The translations under genes were made by a program, and so were the position numbers. The notes below the pieces were generated by a model. That model was not told the origin of the DNA. It did no database searches and was given only the letters and a program-made list of their open reading frames with translations. 36,143 bases of DNA from Thermoplasmatota archaeon (lineage in GTDB: Archaea; Thermoplasmatota; Penumbrarchaeia; Penumbrarchaeales; Penumbrarchaeaceae): positions 1 through 36,143 of the forward strand of contig JARVGK010000032.1 of assembly GCA_029762535.1 (NCBI GenBank), written 5' to 3'. Positions within the stretch are counted from its first letter, which is position 1, and each line of letters starts with the position of its first letter. Positions 8,601-22,413 of the stretch are shown piece by piece.

Positions 8601-9837
8601 CGAAGCTCACATCGGGCAGGAACTCGCTGGCGGCCCTGAAATGCGCGAGCGTCTCCACGATGCCCAGGTCCATGCCGAAGGCGGCCTGGATGAGCTCTTC
8701 TCCGTAACCGGTGGACACACATCTGAGTATCCTGACATCGGGCACCTTCTTCCTGAGCTCTCCAAGGCCCTTCCTCACTGCCTCTATGGGATCTCCTTTG
8801 TTACCGGAGTAGTGGCTGAATACCAACCGCCCCTTATCATCTATGAGGACGACCTTGGTCGTCGTCGATCCCGAATCTATACCGAGGAAGCATCCACCCT
8901 GGACATCAGACCCATGGGCATACTCGACCGGGGTCATCCTGGAGTCGAGCCATTCCCTCATACGCTCGTCCGAATCGAAAAGAGGGACGAGCCGGTTCCT
9001 GTCTCCCTCCCCCACGGGTGTGGACAGCATGTCCAGTAGCGTCTCGAGGTCTGTCTCGAGGCGTTGTGTCCCCTCGTAGAGCGCCGTTCCTATGGCAGGG
9101 AGAAGCGCACTGTCCTTGACCTCGAGGACGTCCTTCTCCTCTAGCCCGAGGACTTCCATGAAGGATACTTTGAGAAAGGGAAGGAACGTGAAAGGTCCCC
9201 CGCAGAAGATCACCGCGGGCCGGGGATCGCAGCCGCGGGAAAGGGTCGAAACGGTCTGGAGCGCCACGGCGTGGAACACCGAGGCGGCTATCTCCTCGGA
9301 GGGGATCTTCCTCGATATCAGATTTTGAACATCGGTCTTGGCGAAAACGCCGCATCGGGAGGCGATCTTGTGGACCTCTTTTGCCTTCCTCGCCATGGCG
9401 TCGAGGTCCTGGATGGGTACGTTCAGGAGCGTTGCCATCTGATCGATGAACGCGCCGGTGCCGCCGGCGCAGTTCCCGTTCATCCTTATATCGACCCTCA
9501 TCCTGTCGTCGAAGAAGATCATCTTGGAATCCTCTCCGCCGACATCTATCAATGTCCTTGCCGAGGGATGAAGCCTCCTTATCGTCTCGGCAGCGGCGAT
9601 CACCTCTTGAACGAAGGGGATCGAACATCTCTCCGATAGACCAAGCCCGGCGGACCCGGTGATCGCGACCGAGAGCTTCTCCTTCTCTGCAAAGGAAATG
9701 CCCGACAACATCTCCCTGAGGGTCTCGTCTATGGCGGCGTTGTGCCTCCTGTAATCGCTGTGAACTATCGATCCGGACGGGTCCATGGCCACGAGCTTGG
9801 CCGTTGTGGATCCTATGTCCAATCCGATGCGGATCAT
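5641..9837 (-). CDS. Fused CoA-substrate activase / 2-hydroxyacyl-CoA dehydratase-like protein (2x BadF/BadG/BcrA/BcrD + DUF2229-like + dehydratase-like; PlsA/Ger architecture)
   Basis: Two ASKHA ATPase modules: GLDIGSTTAK...DVGGED...MNGNCAGGTG...SRCGVF and GIDSGSTTTK...DIGGQD...NEACSSGCG...TRCTVF. Linker CSGCQNTC...GNRC. Two reductase-like modules: ICYPAK/FNCP/SFGCGPD and ICYPA/GGQCRA/PFGC. Confidence 0.88.
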   Translation of the reverse strand: MIRIGLDIGSTTAKLVAMDPSGSIVHSDYRRHNAAIDETLREMLSGISFAEKEKLSVAITGSAGLGLSERCSIPFVQEVIAAAETIRRLHPSARTLIDVGGEDSKMIFFDDRMRVDIRMNGNCAGGTGAFIDQMATLLNVPIQDLDAMARKAKEVHKIASRCGVFAKTDVQNLISRKIPSEEIAASVFHAVALQTVSTLSRGCDPRPAVIFCGGPFTFLPFLKVSFMEVLGLEEKDVLEVKDSALLPAIGTALYEGTQRLETDLETLLDMLSTPVGEGDRNRLVPLFDSDERMREWLDSRMTPVEYAHGSDVQGGCFLGIDSGSTTTKVVLIDDKGRLVFSHYSGNKGDPIEAVRKGLGELRKKVPDVRILRCVSTGYGEELIQAAFGMDLGIVETLAHFRAASEFLPDVSFVLDIGGQDMKAMFIRGGIINDIELNEACSSGCGSFLETFANNLGLDVEDFANMAVASKSPYDLGTRCTVFMNSKVKQALREGASVSDISAGLAVSVVKNCLYKVLKIKDPQVLGDNIVIQGGTFRNPAVHRALEMVLGKRVICPSIPELMGAYGAALSARDGHEEGVATSFIGLEEEVTFTRRFLHCSGCQNTCTVTRMEFGNGNVFFTGNRCERIFSNKGGSSRKGRNLADEKIELLFKRRLEPEGISRGSIGIPRVLNMYENFPFWSTLFVEAGFKVIVSLPSTHTMAEKGLKNVMSENICYPAKLVGGHVLELVEIGVDRVFYPVVVFESQEYADTLNTFNCPIVTGYPDVVRSSLDIESKYGVPFDQPTISFREQRLLKKGVRRYLKGLGVPPSVVDRALSKALDEQERYKDEIRRRCAEIVEASDLVVMLAGRPYHVDHLISHKITEMISRMGADVITEDSVPELDGLGDVHVLTQWQYPNRIYNAVKWAALKDNVEVVQLNSFGCGPDALVCDESRAILAAAGKNHTLIRIDEVSSPGSMRLRLRSMMESLSARGSTRMEGLPRKSTPPFLEKDKERRIIVPFFSRFFSPLVEASFGSVGYEVETLPESDRDSIEAGLKYCNNEICYPAIVVIGDLIKALQRNGYEHDRIALGITQTGGQCRASSYLSLLKKAMVAAGFSDIPVVTVSLSSQKLNEQPGVRLNVWKLLRELVHGILFSDSLMLMYNSTAVREIEKGSADGIVDRYLKMGCDLMMNGREGEMLPLLAKAVDEFNEVEVDDRNRPVIGIVGEIYVKYNPFGNFYVVDHLAKSGIEPYVPPILDFFAQELVNHRFHAEASTKGRTMKYFMSYPAEWYVNHHIERYDRVRKGYVRYRRTHGIQELSNRARGVVSLVDQFGEGWLIPAEIASFAEEGINNVLCLQPFGCISNHIIGKGIENALKRAHPDLNVLYLDMDAGSSEVNIYNRLNFMMRSAWEDLERGG

Positions 9838-9904
9838 CCAGGGGTCGCCTCCGCCATGGCTGGGTCGATGACGTTGGTGTTCTTAAATTGTGTTCCTCAA
9901 GGGT

Positions 9905-10402
9905 TCAATGGCGGTCTTCCTTCTCTATGACCCTGACGGAATCGCCCTTTATCGTTACGGGTATGGAAACCATTGCCTCGAACAGCTCGACGGTGATCTC
10001 CTCCTTGGAGGTATCGATCTGCCTGACCCTGGCCTTCTCGCCCTTGAACGGACCGTTGATGATCTCGACGATATCGCCCTCGGTGATATCGGCCACGATG
10101 GGCTTGGGGGCCAGGTAATGCTCGATCTCCTTGAGCTCGATGTCCCTCTCGCTGTCCACGATCCCCCTGACGTACTGCATGCCCTTGAGGAGCTCCTCTA
10201 TCGCCTTGATGTTCTTTATTCCCTCGACGAGGACGTAGCCCCTGAGCTTTGTAGGGGCGATGATCGCGAAGATCGGACTGTTCTTTCGCTTGGCCTTGAG
10301 TCCCAGGTTCTCGGCGACGGTCTTTTCATGGCCCAATGCGGTCTTTATGGCGAAGATAGTCCTCGGGAAAGATCCCTCCTCAACAAATATTTCATCTTCC
10401 AT
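9905..10402 (-). CDS. spt5: Transcription elongation factor Spt5 (NusG)
   Basis: NGN domain (IFAIKTALGHEKTVA, LRGYVLVE) and KOW motif (GDIVEIINGPFKGEKARV). Sits in the conserved ftsZ-secE-spt5 order. Confidence 0.95.
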   Translation of the reverse strand: MEDEIFVEEGSFPRTIFAIKTALGHEKTVAENLGLKAKRKNSPIFAIIAPTKLRGYVLVEGIKNIKAIEELLKGMQYVRGIVDSERDIELKEIEHYLAPKPIVADITEGDIVEIINGPFKGEKARVRQIDTSKEEITVELFEAMVSIPVTIKGDSVRVIEKEDRH

Positions 10403-10412
10403 TGATCCACCT

Positions 10413-10676
10413 TCAAAGTCCCAGGGCCCAATTGAAGAGATCCGCGAAATATTCCCAGATCAGATAGATGGCAAAGCCCAATCCCCCGATTAGTACTATG
10501 CCTATTCCCGTGATCACCAGAGTTTTGGAGAACTCCTCGCTGGTGGGTTTGCGGGACATTCGCAGAACACGGCCCCACTTGCCGTGGCCGATGTTCTTCA
10601 TCTTCGCCTCGGCCCTCATCTGGCCGCGCTGGCTCTTCTCCCAGGCCCAGGTCCATGTCTTCTTAAGGACGTCCAT
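10413..10676 (-). CDS. secE: Protein translocase SecE/Sec61-gamma
   Basis: RVLRMSRKPTSEEFSKT followed by one TM helix (GIGIVLIGGLGFAIY). Lies between ftsZ and spt5. Confidence 0.92.
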   Translation of the reverse strand: MDVLKKTWTWAWEKSQRGQMRAEAKMKNIGHGKWGRVLRMSRKPTSEEFSKTLVITGIGIVLIGGLGFAIYLIWEYFADLFNWALGL

Positions 10677-10691
10677 CTGATCTTACCCCGC

Positions 10692-11888
10692 CTACCTTAT
10701 GAAGTCGATCCCGAAGCGGTTCTCACCGGTCTTCCTTATCGACTTGCCGAAGATCTGCTTCGATTTCACCCCGGTGATCACCAGCATTACCCTGATGGTA
10801 TCCTCGAGCTCCGGATCTATCTGGGCTCCCCAGATGAGACGGGCCTGATTGTTGATCCTCTTGTGTATCTCCGAGGCCACGAGCTCCGCCTCGCCTACGG
10901 TCATGCTCTCGCCGCCGGAGACGTTCACGAGCGCGCCCGTCGCATCTGTTATGTCCACCTCGAGCAGCGGAGAGTCCAAAGCGGCGTTCACTGCCTTCAA
11001 CGCGCGGTCATCGTCATCGGATTCCCCGATGCCGATCATGGCGACTCCGCCGCCCTTCATTATGGTTTTCAGGTCGGCGAAATCGAGGTTGACGAGCCCC
11101 ACCTTCGTGATGATCTCGGTTATCCCTTTTATGGACCTCATGAGTATCTCGTCAGCGACCTTGAAAGCCGCGTTCAAGGGCAGTCTCGGGACGATCTCGA
11201 GCAGCCTGTCATTGGGGATTACTATGACGGTATCGGTGTGCTCCTGCAGCTTGTCCAACCCGTACTCGGCGTTCTGCATCCTTACGACGCCCTCCGCCGA
11301 GAACGGCTGGGTGACTATCGCTATCGTCAGGGCGTTGAGCTCCCTGCCGACCCTGGCCACCACCGGCGCGGAACCGGTTCCGGTTCCGCCTCCGAGGCCG
11401 CAGGTGACGAAGACTATATCTGACCCCATGAGGGCGGAGCGTATCTCGTCCTCGACCTCGCGGGCAGCCTCCTCGCCTATCTGCGGGATCGACCCTGCGC
11501 CAAGGCCCCTGGTGGCCCTCCTGCCGATGAGGATCTTGTGGGGGGCGTGGATCGTGAGGAGATGCTGGGCATCCGTGTTCATGGCGTATATGTCGGCACC
11601 CACGATACCCTCCTCCACTATCCTGTTGATGGTGTTGGAGCCCGCTCCTCCGCATCCGACGATCTTGATGTTGCATCTCAAGCTGGCAAGAACCCTTCTG
11701 AGTTCCTCGTCCTCGGGGCTTGAGGTTACCTGGTCCATGACAGGAACCCGCTCCTGAACATCGGACCTGGATTCTTTCATCAGCCGGCTCGCGAAACCGC
11801 TCTCTGACGGTTTGGACTGCGGCGTGGACGGCATGCCCTGGACCTTTCGCTCCTCCCTCTCGAGGACGCCTTTGATTATGGATTTCAT
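10692..11888 (-). CDS. ftsZ: Cell division protein FtsZ (FtsZ1 type)
   Basis: [16 protein letters not shown], the tubulin signature [16 protein letters not shown], and C-terminal GIDFIR. Confidence 0.97.
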   Translation of the reverse strand: MKSIIKGVLEREERKVQGMPSTPQSKPSESGFASRLMKESRSDVQERVPVMDQVTSSPEDEELRRVLASLRCNIKIVGCGGAGSNTINRIVEEGIVGADIYAMNTDAQHLLTIHAPHKILIGRRATRGLGAGSIPQIGEEAAREVEDEIRSALMGSDIVFVTCGLGGGTGTGSAPVVARVGRELNALTIAIVTQPFSAEGVVRMQNAEYGLDKLQEHTDTVIVIPNDRLLEIVPRLPLNAAFKVADEILMRSIKGITEIITKVGLVNLDFADLKTIMKGGGVAMIGIGESDDDDRALKAVNAALDSPLLEVDITDATGALVNVSGGESMTVGEAELVASEIHKRINNQARLIWGAQIDPELEDTIRVMLVITGVKSKQIFGKSIRKTGENRFGIDFIR

Positions 11889-11992
11889 GTCTTCTCCCCC
11901 ATGGGTATATCGTTTATTTTTCCAATTTCGCCTGGATAAGTATATTCATTATTAAAAGGTTATCTGATGGGTTTTCGCCGCGCAACATCGTC

Positions 11993-12279
11993 TCATTCTC
12001 CTTTCAGGGTCAAGATATCGGACTTTCCGCCTTTGATCACGCACATTGCGCTTATGGTGAACGGCTTGCCGCATGCCGCGCCCAGCTCGGCGTTGCTGCC
12101 GGCATAGGTATATATCGGCACCTTGAACTTCCGGATCGAGTCGAGGTTCTCGACCGGACAGTTCTTGGACACGATGACAAGCTTACCCTTCTTGCCCTTC
12201 AACGCTTTCAATGTCTGCTTCATCCCGATCGAGACCTCGCCGGTCTCCTGGACGTTCCTCAGCGCTCTCTTGATATCCA

Positions 12280-12280
<1 letters not shown>
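11993..12280 (-). CDS. rpl30e: 50S ribosomal protein L30e
   Basis: TGEVSIGMKQT, LVIVSKNCP, ELGAACGKPF and GKSDIL. Directly after rpoA2. Confidence 0.95.
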
Positions 12281-17108
<4,828 letters not shown>

Positions 17109-17114
17109 TCCCTC

Positions 17115-20100
17115 CTAGTTGAGATCCTCCAGGTGCAGCCTCATGGCGACGCACATTGATTTGAGCTCGTCGAGCAACAGTTTGAAGGCATAGCTGGTCT
17201 GGACCGGATGTATGTTCCCCGTCTCTCCGCAAACGGGGCATCTGAGGGCCCCCCTCTTGTCGAGCATGGCGACGTTCCCGCACTTCGGGTTGCCGCATAC
17301 GTACTCGATGGTGCCGTCGGATTCATCGAGCAGCCTGTCCTTTATGACCATCGATACGCCGTGGGCGATCAAGGTATCCCTCTCCATCTCACCGAACCTC
17401 AGACCGCCCTGCCTGGAGCGTCCCTCGGTCGGCTGCCTCGTAAGGATCTGAACGGGCCCCCTTGACCTCACATGCATCTTTCCGGAGACCATGTGATGGA
17501 GCTTCTGGTAGTATATCACCCCGTTGAATATCTCGGCCCTGAACTTCTTGCCGGTCATGGGGTCGTACATGATCTCCTTGCCCGTGGGCTTGAAACCGGA
17601 GGCGAGCAACTCTGCCCTCAGCCTCTCCTCGGGCTCCCCGGAGAAGGGCGTTCCATCGATGGTCCTGCCGTTCACGGATCCGACCTTGCCCCCGATCATC
17701 TCGAGGACGTGCGCTACCGTCATACGCGAGGGTATGGCATGGGGGTTGGTGACTAGATCGGGGACGATGCCCTGATCGTTGAAGGGCATGTCCTCGGGGT
17801 TGGCTATCAGGCCTATGACCCCCTTCTGTCCGTGCCTGGAGGCGAACTTGTCCCCTATCTCGGGGATCTTCTCGCTGCGCACGGTGACCTTGACCAGCCG
17901 CAGCCCGTTCTCGGACTCCGTTATCATCACGGTATCCACATGACCCGCCTCCCTGGGCCTTACCGTTATGGAGGTCTCCCTCCTCCTCCTTGGAGTCAGG
18001 AAGTCCGTATGCTCCTCGAGGAACCTCGGCGGGGAGGTCCTGCCGATGAGGACGTCCTTGCCCTCGACGAAGAACTCGGGCGATATTATACCGTCCTCAT
18101 CGAGATTGTTGTATGACTCCTCGGTCCTGGCCCCCATCACGTCAGGGGCTGGGATCTCTATCTTGTCCTCCTGCCCTCCGGGATACCTCCTCTCCTCGAC
18201 GGGATATGTCCTTATGAAGGTGCTCCGGCCCAATCCCCTCTCTATGGAGGCCCTGTTCATTATCAGGGCGTCCTCCATGTTGTAACCCTGATATGATATG
18301 ACGGCCACGACGAAGTTCTGGCCGGCGGGCCTGGTGTTGAAATTGACGAACTCCATGGTCTTGGTCTGCAGCATCGGCTTCTGGGGATAGTGCAGAAGAT
18401 GGGACCTCGTGTCGCATCGAATGCGGTAGTTCGAGGAGCCAAGTCCCAATGACTGCTTGGCCATTCCCGCGCCCATGGTGATCCTGGGGGATGAGTTGTG
18501 CTCGGGATAACACACAAGCCCTGAGCAGCTCCCCAATATGACCAGGGGATCTATCTCCATGTGGGTGTGTTCATCGGTTAGATGCTCCTCGTCGATGGCG
18601 ATGAAGAGGTCCTCCTCCTCCTCCGCGTCGATGTACTCGATGATACCCTGCTGCACCAGGTCTTCCCAGGTCAGCTTCCTCTCGTGGAGGGACTCCCTCA
18701 TCCTCTCGGTGAGCTTGAGCTGGCCGTTCTCGACCACGAACAGGGGGCGCCTGACCCTGCCCTCGTCGCAGTTCACTATGACGGAGTTGATCTGCTTGTT
18801 GTACCTGATGTTGATCTCGTGGGATTTCTCCTGAGGCATGGCGATGAAGCCCTGCCTCCTGCGCTTCCTGAGTCCGTTCACGAGGTCGACGGGATCGTGA
18901 TGGACGCCGATGAGGTTGCCGTTGAGATATACCCTTGCCTCGTCGGTGAGCTCCTTCTCTATCCTTCTCACGCTCTGATCGAATATGGTCTGCTCCAGCT
19001 TCTTCTCGTCGTAACCCTCGGATATATCGACGATCAGTGCCAGGTTCTTCACGAGACCGCAGTTCTGACCTTCAGGGGTCTCGTTCGGGCACAGCCTCCC
19101 CCACTGAGTGGGGTGCAGGTCCCTGGCCTCGAAGTGGGGCTGAGTCCTTGTGAGGGGCGATGTGATCCTTCTCAGGTGTGAGATCGTGGACATGTTGCAA
19201 GTGCGGTCCAGAAGCTGCGATACACCGTCCCTGCCTCCGACCCAGTTCCCGGTCGCAAGCGCGTGGATGATCCTCTGGGTGAGGACATCGGGCCTTATGG
19301 ACGAGCCGACCCGGAGCTTTCTTTTTCTGGTTATGGTTCTCTCGAGCTGGTACTTGAGGTCCTTCATCAGAGAGGTGAAGGCCACCCTGAAGAGGTCCTC
19401 CATGAGGTCCCCCGCCAGGGATATCCTCTTGTTGGCGTAGTGGTCCTTGTCGTCGGGATCCCTCTGTTTTAGCTTCAGCTCCAGGACGGAGCGGGCTATC
19501 CTGCCCAGGTATATCGCCTTCTTGATCCTCTGGTCACGGTGGTCGCCCAGGTGGGGGAGCAGCGACTTGTCGATGATCGATTCGACCTTCTTCTCCCGGA
19601 ACTCCTTGGCCTGACCCGTTGCGAACTTCTTCTCCAGGAAGTTCAGGGCGTCCTCGACGTTCAGGACATTATGGACATTGGAGCATTCCTCGAGGTTCGC
19701 ATATACCACGTTGTTCATCCTCTCGTCGGAGACGATGGCCTTTGCGATATCCTCGTCCGAGTCCATCCCGAGGCTCTTCATGAGGACGACCAGCGGGATC
19801 TGGGTGGGTGCCGCCGGAACGGAGACCATCAGCATGCCGTCCTTCTTCATCTCCACGGAGGTCAATGCCCTGAATCCCTCGCGCTGGGAGAACACCTTCG
19901 CGACCGCCATCGGTGTGCCGTACTTCTCCTCCCACTCCACCAGGACCCTGTTGGGGGATAGGTCCTCCAGGGATATCAGAGAGCGCTCCGTTCCGTTTAT
20001 TATGAAATACGCTCCCGGGTCGAGGGGGTCCTCGCCCATGTTCTGAAGCTTCTGATTGTACTGGTCCTCGGAGAGGTTGAGGTCCTGGCCTAACATCTCC

Positions 20101-20528
20101 GGATGCAGGTTGCATCTCTTTGACTTTACCATGATGGGCAGATCGCCTATCTTGACCTTCTCGGGCTCCCTGTCTATGCCGTTCTCGATGATCGTGAACT
20201 CCAGGAAAACGGGGGCCGCATAGGTGAGGTCCCTGAGCCTGGCCTCCATGGGCGTAAGCTCGTGGGTCGCACCGTTGGCCTCCTTGATGACAGGGGTGCC
20301 TACCGTTATCCTTCCAAGCTTTATATCGACGCTCTCCTCGTCGAGCTTGTCGATGTCCAGCCTGATGAGGCCTCTCTCGTTGTCCACCTCGCCTATCCTT
20401 ATGGAATCTATGATGCGCTGCATCCTGGACCGGGGATTGTCATGGGTGGGCAAGAAATCGTTGAACGAGGCCAGCTGATGGTTGATTATGCTCCTGCTCT
20501 TAAAGAATGCCTCGACAACGTCCTTCAA
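17115..20528 (-). CDS. rpoB: DNA-directed RNA polymerase subunit B (Rpo2, unsplit)
   Basis: [53 protein letters not shown], and a C-terminal Zn motif. Confidence 0.98.
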   Translation of the reverse strand: MKDVVEAFFKSRSIINHQLASFNDFLPTHDNPRSRMQRIIDSIRIGEVDNERGLIRLDIDKLDEESVDIKLGRITVGTPVIKEANGATHELTPMEARLRDLTYAAPVFLEFTIIENGIDREPEKVKIGDLPIMVKSKRCNLHPEMLGQDLNLSEDQYNQKLQNMGEDPLDPGAYFIINGTERSLISLEDLSPNRVLVEWEEKYGTPMAVAKVFSQREGFRALTSVEMKKDGMLMVSVPAAPTQIPLVVLMKSLGMDSDEDIAKAIVSDERMNNVVYANLEECSNVHNVLNVEDALNFLEKKFATGQAKEFREKKVESIIDKSLLPHLGDHRDQRIKKAIYLGRIARSVLELKLKQRDPDDKDHYANKRISLAGDLMEDLFRVAFTSLMKDLKYQLERTITRKRKLRVGSSIRPDVLTQRIIHALATGNWVGGRDGVSQLLDRTCNMSTISHLRRITSPLTRTQPHFEARDLHPTQWGRLCPNETPEGQNCGLVKNLALIVDISEGYDEKKLEQTIFDQSVRRIEKELTDEARVYLNGNLIGVHHDPVDLVNGLRKRRRQGFIAMPQEKSHEINIRYNKQINSVIVNCDEGRVRRPLFVVENGQLKLTERMRESLHERKLTWEDLVQQGIIEYIDAEEEEDLFIAIDEEHLTDEHTHMEIDPLVILGSCSGLVCYPEHNSSPRITMGAGMAKQSLGLGSSNYRIRCDTRSHLLHYPQKPMLQTKTMEFVNFNTRPAGQNFVVAVISYQGYNMEDALIMNRASIERGLGRSTFIRTYPVEERRYPGGQEDKIEIPAPDVMGARTEESYNNLDEDGIISPEFFVEGKDVLIGRTSPPRFLEEHTDFLTPRRRRETSITVRPREAGHVDTVMITESENGLRLVKVTVRSEKIPEIGDKFASRHGQKGVIGLIANPEDMPFNDQGIVPDLVTNPHAIPSRMTVAHVLEMIGGKVGSVNGRTIDGTPFSGEPEERLRAELLASGFKPTGKEIMYDPMTGKKFRAEIFNGVIYYQKLHHMVSGKMHVRSRGPVQILTRQPTEGRSRQGGLRFGEMERDTLIAHGVSMVIKDRLLDESDGTIEYVCGNPKCGNVAMLDKRGALRCPVCGETGNIHPVQTSYAFKLLLDELKSMCVAMRLHLEDLN

Positions 20529-20598
20529 AATATCACCTCTATCTCATCATTCATTCCTTCGACCATCAACGCCCCCCCTCTTTCGGATGATGTCGGAT

Positions 20599-20850
20599 TC
20601 ATGGGACCGACCTCTCCTCGACAACGATCCTGTAATACAGGGAAGTTCCCGCCGTCGGGCTCTTCCTCTCTATCCTGATCACGTCCCCGGGCGATGCGCC
20701 GATCGCCCTGGCGCAGGGATCGTTTATGAGGATCTTGGGCAGCTTGGTCCTGTCGATTCCGTAGGTCGAGAGCATCTCCTCGACCTCGTCATGGGTCATC
20801 ACGCTGTGGCGCGGGACTAGATGATTGGCCATTACGTTGAACTTGGGCAT
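20599..20850 (-). CDS. rpoH: DNA-directed RNA polymerase subunit H (Rpo5)
   Basis: HLVPRH, KLPKILINDP and GDVIRIERKSPTAG...YYRIVV. Confidence 0.96.
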   Translation of the reverse strand: MPKFNVMANHLVPRHSVMTHDEVEEMLSTYGIDRTKLPKILINDPCARAIGASPGDVIRIERKSPTAGTSLYYRIVVEERSVP

Positions 20851-20912
20851 CTTCGGTACCTCCCGATTTCACGTCGGATCGTCATTCCCCCGGTACATGA
20901 CGGAAAAGGATC

Positions 20913-21030
20913 TGGCGGGTCCGAGGGGATTCGAACCCCTGGCCCTCTGGTTAAAAGCCAGACGCTCTTTCTAGGGCTGAGGGCGACCGTTAATGCCACC
21001 GCTCATCCTACCTAGCTGAGCTACGGACCC
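20913..21030 (-). tRNA. tRNA-Lys (anticodon UUU) with encoded CCA and a 41-nt intron at position 20/21 (intron 20969-21009)
   Basis: Minus strand: GGGTCCG TA GCTC AGCTAGGT [intron] A GAGC G TCTGG CT-TTT-AA CCAGA GGGCC AGGGG TTCGAAT CCCCT CGGACCC G CCA. Removing 41 nt gives a fully paired 77-nt cloverleaf. Confidence 0.92.
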
Positions 21031-21084
21031 TAAACATGCCAGTACCTATCCGATGCGGTCGAGACAAGGGGGCAATATGGACCG

Positions 21085-21100
21085 TATATATATTACTTTC
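21085..21100 (-). promoter_or_regulatory. BRE/TATA promoter for tRNA-Lys (possibly reading on into the rpo operon)
   Basis: Minus strand GAAAG-TAATATATATA, ending about 55 nt upstream of the mature tRNA 5' end. Confidence 0.55.
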
Positions 21101-21288
21101 TGGAGGGGGGGATCAGATGGACGGTGGAGTTGGATAAGCCATTGTCGGAGCTTTTCTCACATGAACGGGCTTTTTGCCGTAACATTAAATAACGATGAAG
21201 TACAATTATAGTCAGTGCCCTTTCGATGCGGTCGATCGAGGGGTGATTAGAAGGGATGGGTATCCCTGACTATTCTATTTTATGCTCC

Positions 21289-22410
21289 CTATACGTATCC
21301 GACGTAGTATACCCCTTTAGATGACCCCACCCCGGTCCCTTCGATCACACGGCCGACAACTTTTGCGGATGTGTCCCCCAATACGTCCAGCACATCGTCG
21401 GAGGCCTCCGGGTGGCATATAATGGACATTCCCATGCCCATGTTGAAGGTCTGGTACATCTCATGGTCATCAACGCCCCCGAGGACCTGTAAGAGCTCGA
21501 ACACCGGGTGGACCTCGAGCGGGTCCTCGACCGAATACCTGATGTCGTGCCTGAGCCTGCATATATTCCTGAGACCGCCCCCGGTAATGTTCGCGATACC
21601 TTTGATCGAGGACCTGTCGATCCTGCCGAGCAGGCGAATCAGGTCACGAACGTATATCCTCGTGGGCTCAAGGAGAACCTCTCCGAGAGGTACATCGGAC
21701 CCGCCCCATTCCTCCTCCACGCGAACAGGGATCCGTATTGCTCTCTCGCGCATGATCCCAAGGACATCTCCCATGGTGTATGCCAGGGAGAGATGGGACC
21801 TCTCTATGATCCTTCTGACTAGGGTGAAACCATTGGAGTGCAGCCCGCTCGAGGGCAGGCCGATGATCAAATCGCCCACATCTACCCTGGCGCTGTCCAA
21901 GATCTCGCCTTTCCTCACTGCACCCAGGCATGTTCCGGCCAGGTCGAGGCCCTTCACCATGTCAGGTAGCGTCGCCGTTTCCCCACCGATCAGGGACACG
22001 TTAGCCATCTCGGCGCCTGCGTTCAGCCCCTTGCCGACCTCGGACAATAGCTCGGGAGTTGGGTTCTCGCAGGCGATGTAATCTACGAATGCGAGAGGTT
22101 CGGCCCCGATGCATATCATGTCGTTGACGTTCATCGCCATGCAGTCGATCCCGATGGTATCGTACCGGCCCATGGCCTCTGCGATGCGGATCTTGGTCCC
22201 GACGCCGTCGGTGCACATGGACAGATACCATTCCCCGAAATCGATAAGGCCGGTGAAATGGCCCTCGAGGTCCGCCTGGGAGCCCCAGCCCTGTCTCTTG
22301 AAGGTCAGCTGACGGACGAGGGCTCTTATGGCGGAACCCTCTGCCTCGATATCGACCCCGGCCTTCCTGTAAGTCATTCCCCCGTCCTCTTTTCGATCCA
22401 TGTCCAGCAC
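21289..22410 (-). CDS. purM: Phosphoribosylformylglycinamidine cyclo-ligase (AIR synthase)
   Basis: TYRKAGVDI, TDGVGTK, IGIDCMAMNVND, GGETA, SSGLHSNG, NITGGG and EMYQTFNMG. The true start may be the internal Met of MTYRK. Confidence 0.95.
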   Translation of the reverse strand: MLDMDRKEDGGMTYRKAGVDIEAEGSAIRALVRQLTFKRQGWGSQADLEGHFTGLIDFGEWYLSMCTDGVGTKIRIAEAMGRYDTIGIDCMAMNVNDMICIGAEPLAFVDYIACENPTPELLSEVGKGLNAGAEMANVSLIGGETATLPDMVKGLDLAGTCLGAVRKGEILDSARVDVGDLIIGLPSSGLHSNGFTLVRRIIERSHLSLAYTMGDVLGIMRERAIRIPVRVEEEWGGSDVPLGEVLLEPTRIYVRDLIRLLGRIDRSSIKGIANITGGGLRNICRLRHDIRYSVEDPLEVHPVFELLQVLGGVDDHEMYQTFNMGMGMSIICHPEASDDVLDVLGDTSAKVVGRVIEGTGVGSSKGVYYVGYV

Positions 22411-22413
22411 CTC

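Noticed and set aside
17115-20528. Unsplit rpoB in a euryarchaeal-type operon
   Set aside because: Normal for Thermoplasmata and Thermococci. Useful for taxonomy but not novel.
21690-21790. Apparent insertion of about 20 aa in PurM (GDVLGIMRERAIRIPVRVEEEWGG)
   Set aside because: Falls in a variable surface region. Too short for an intein and lacks splice motifs.
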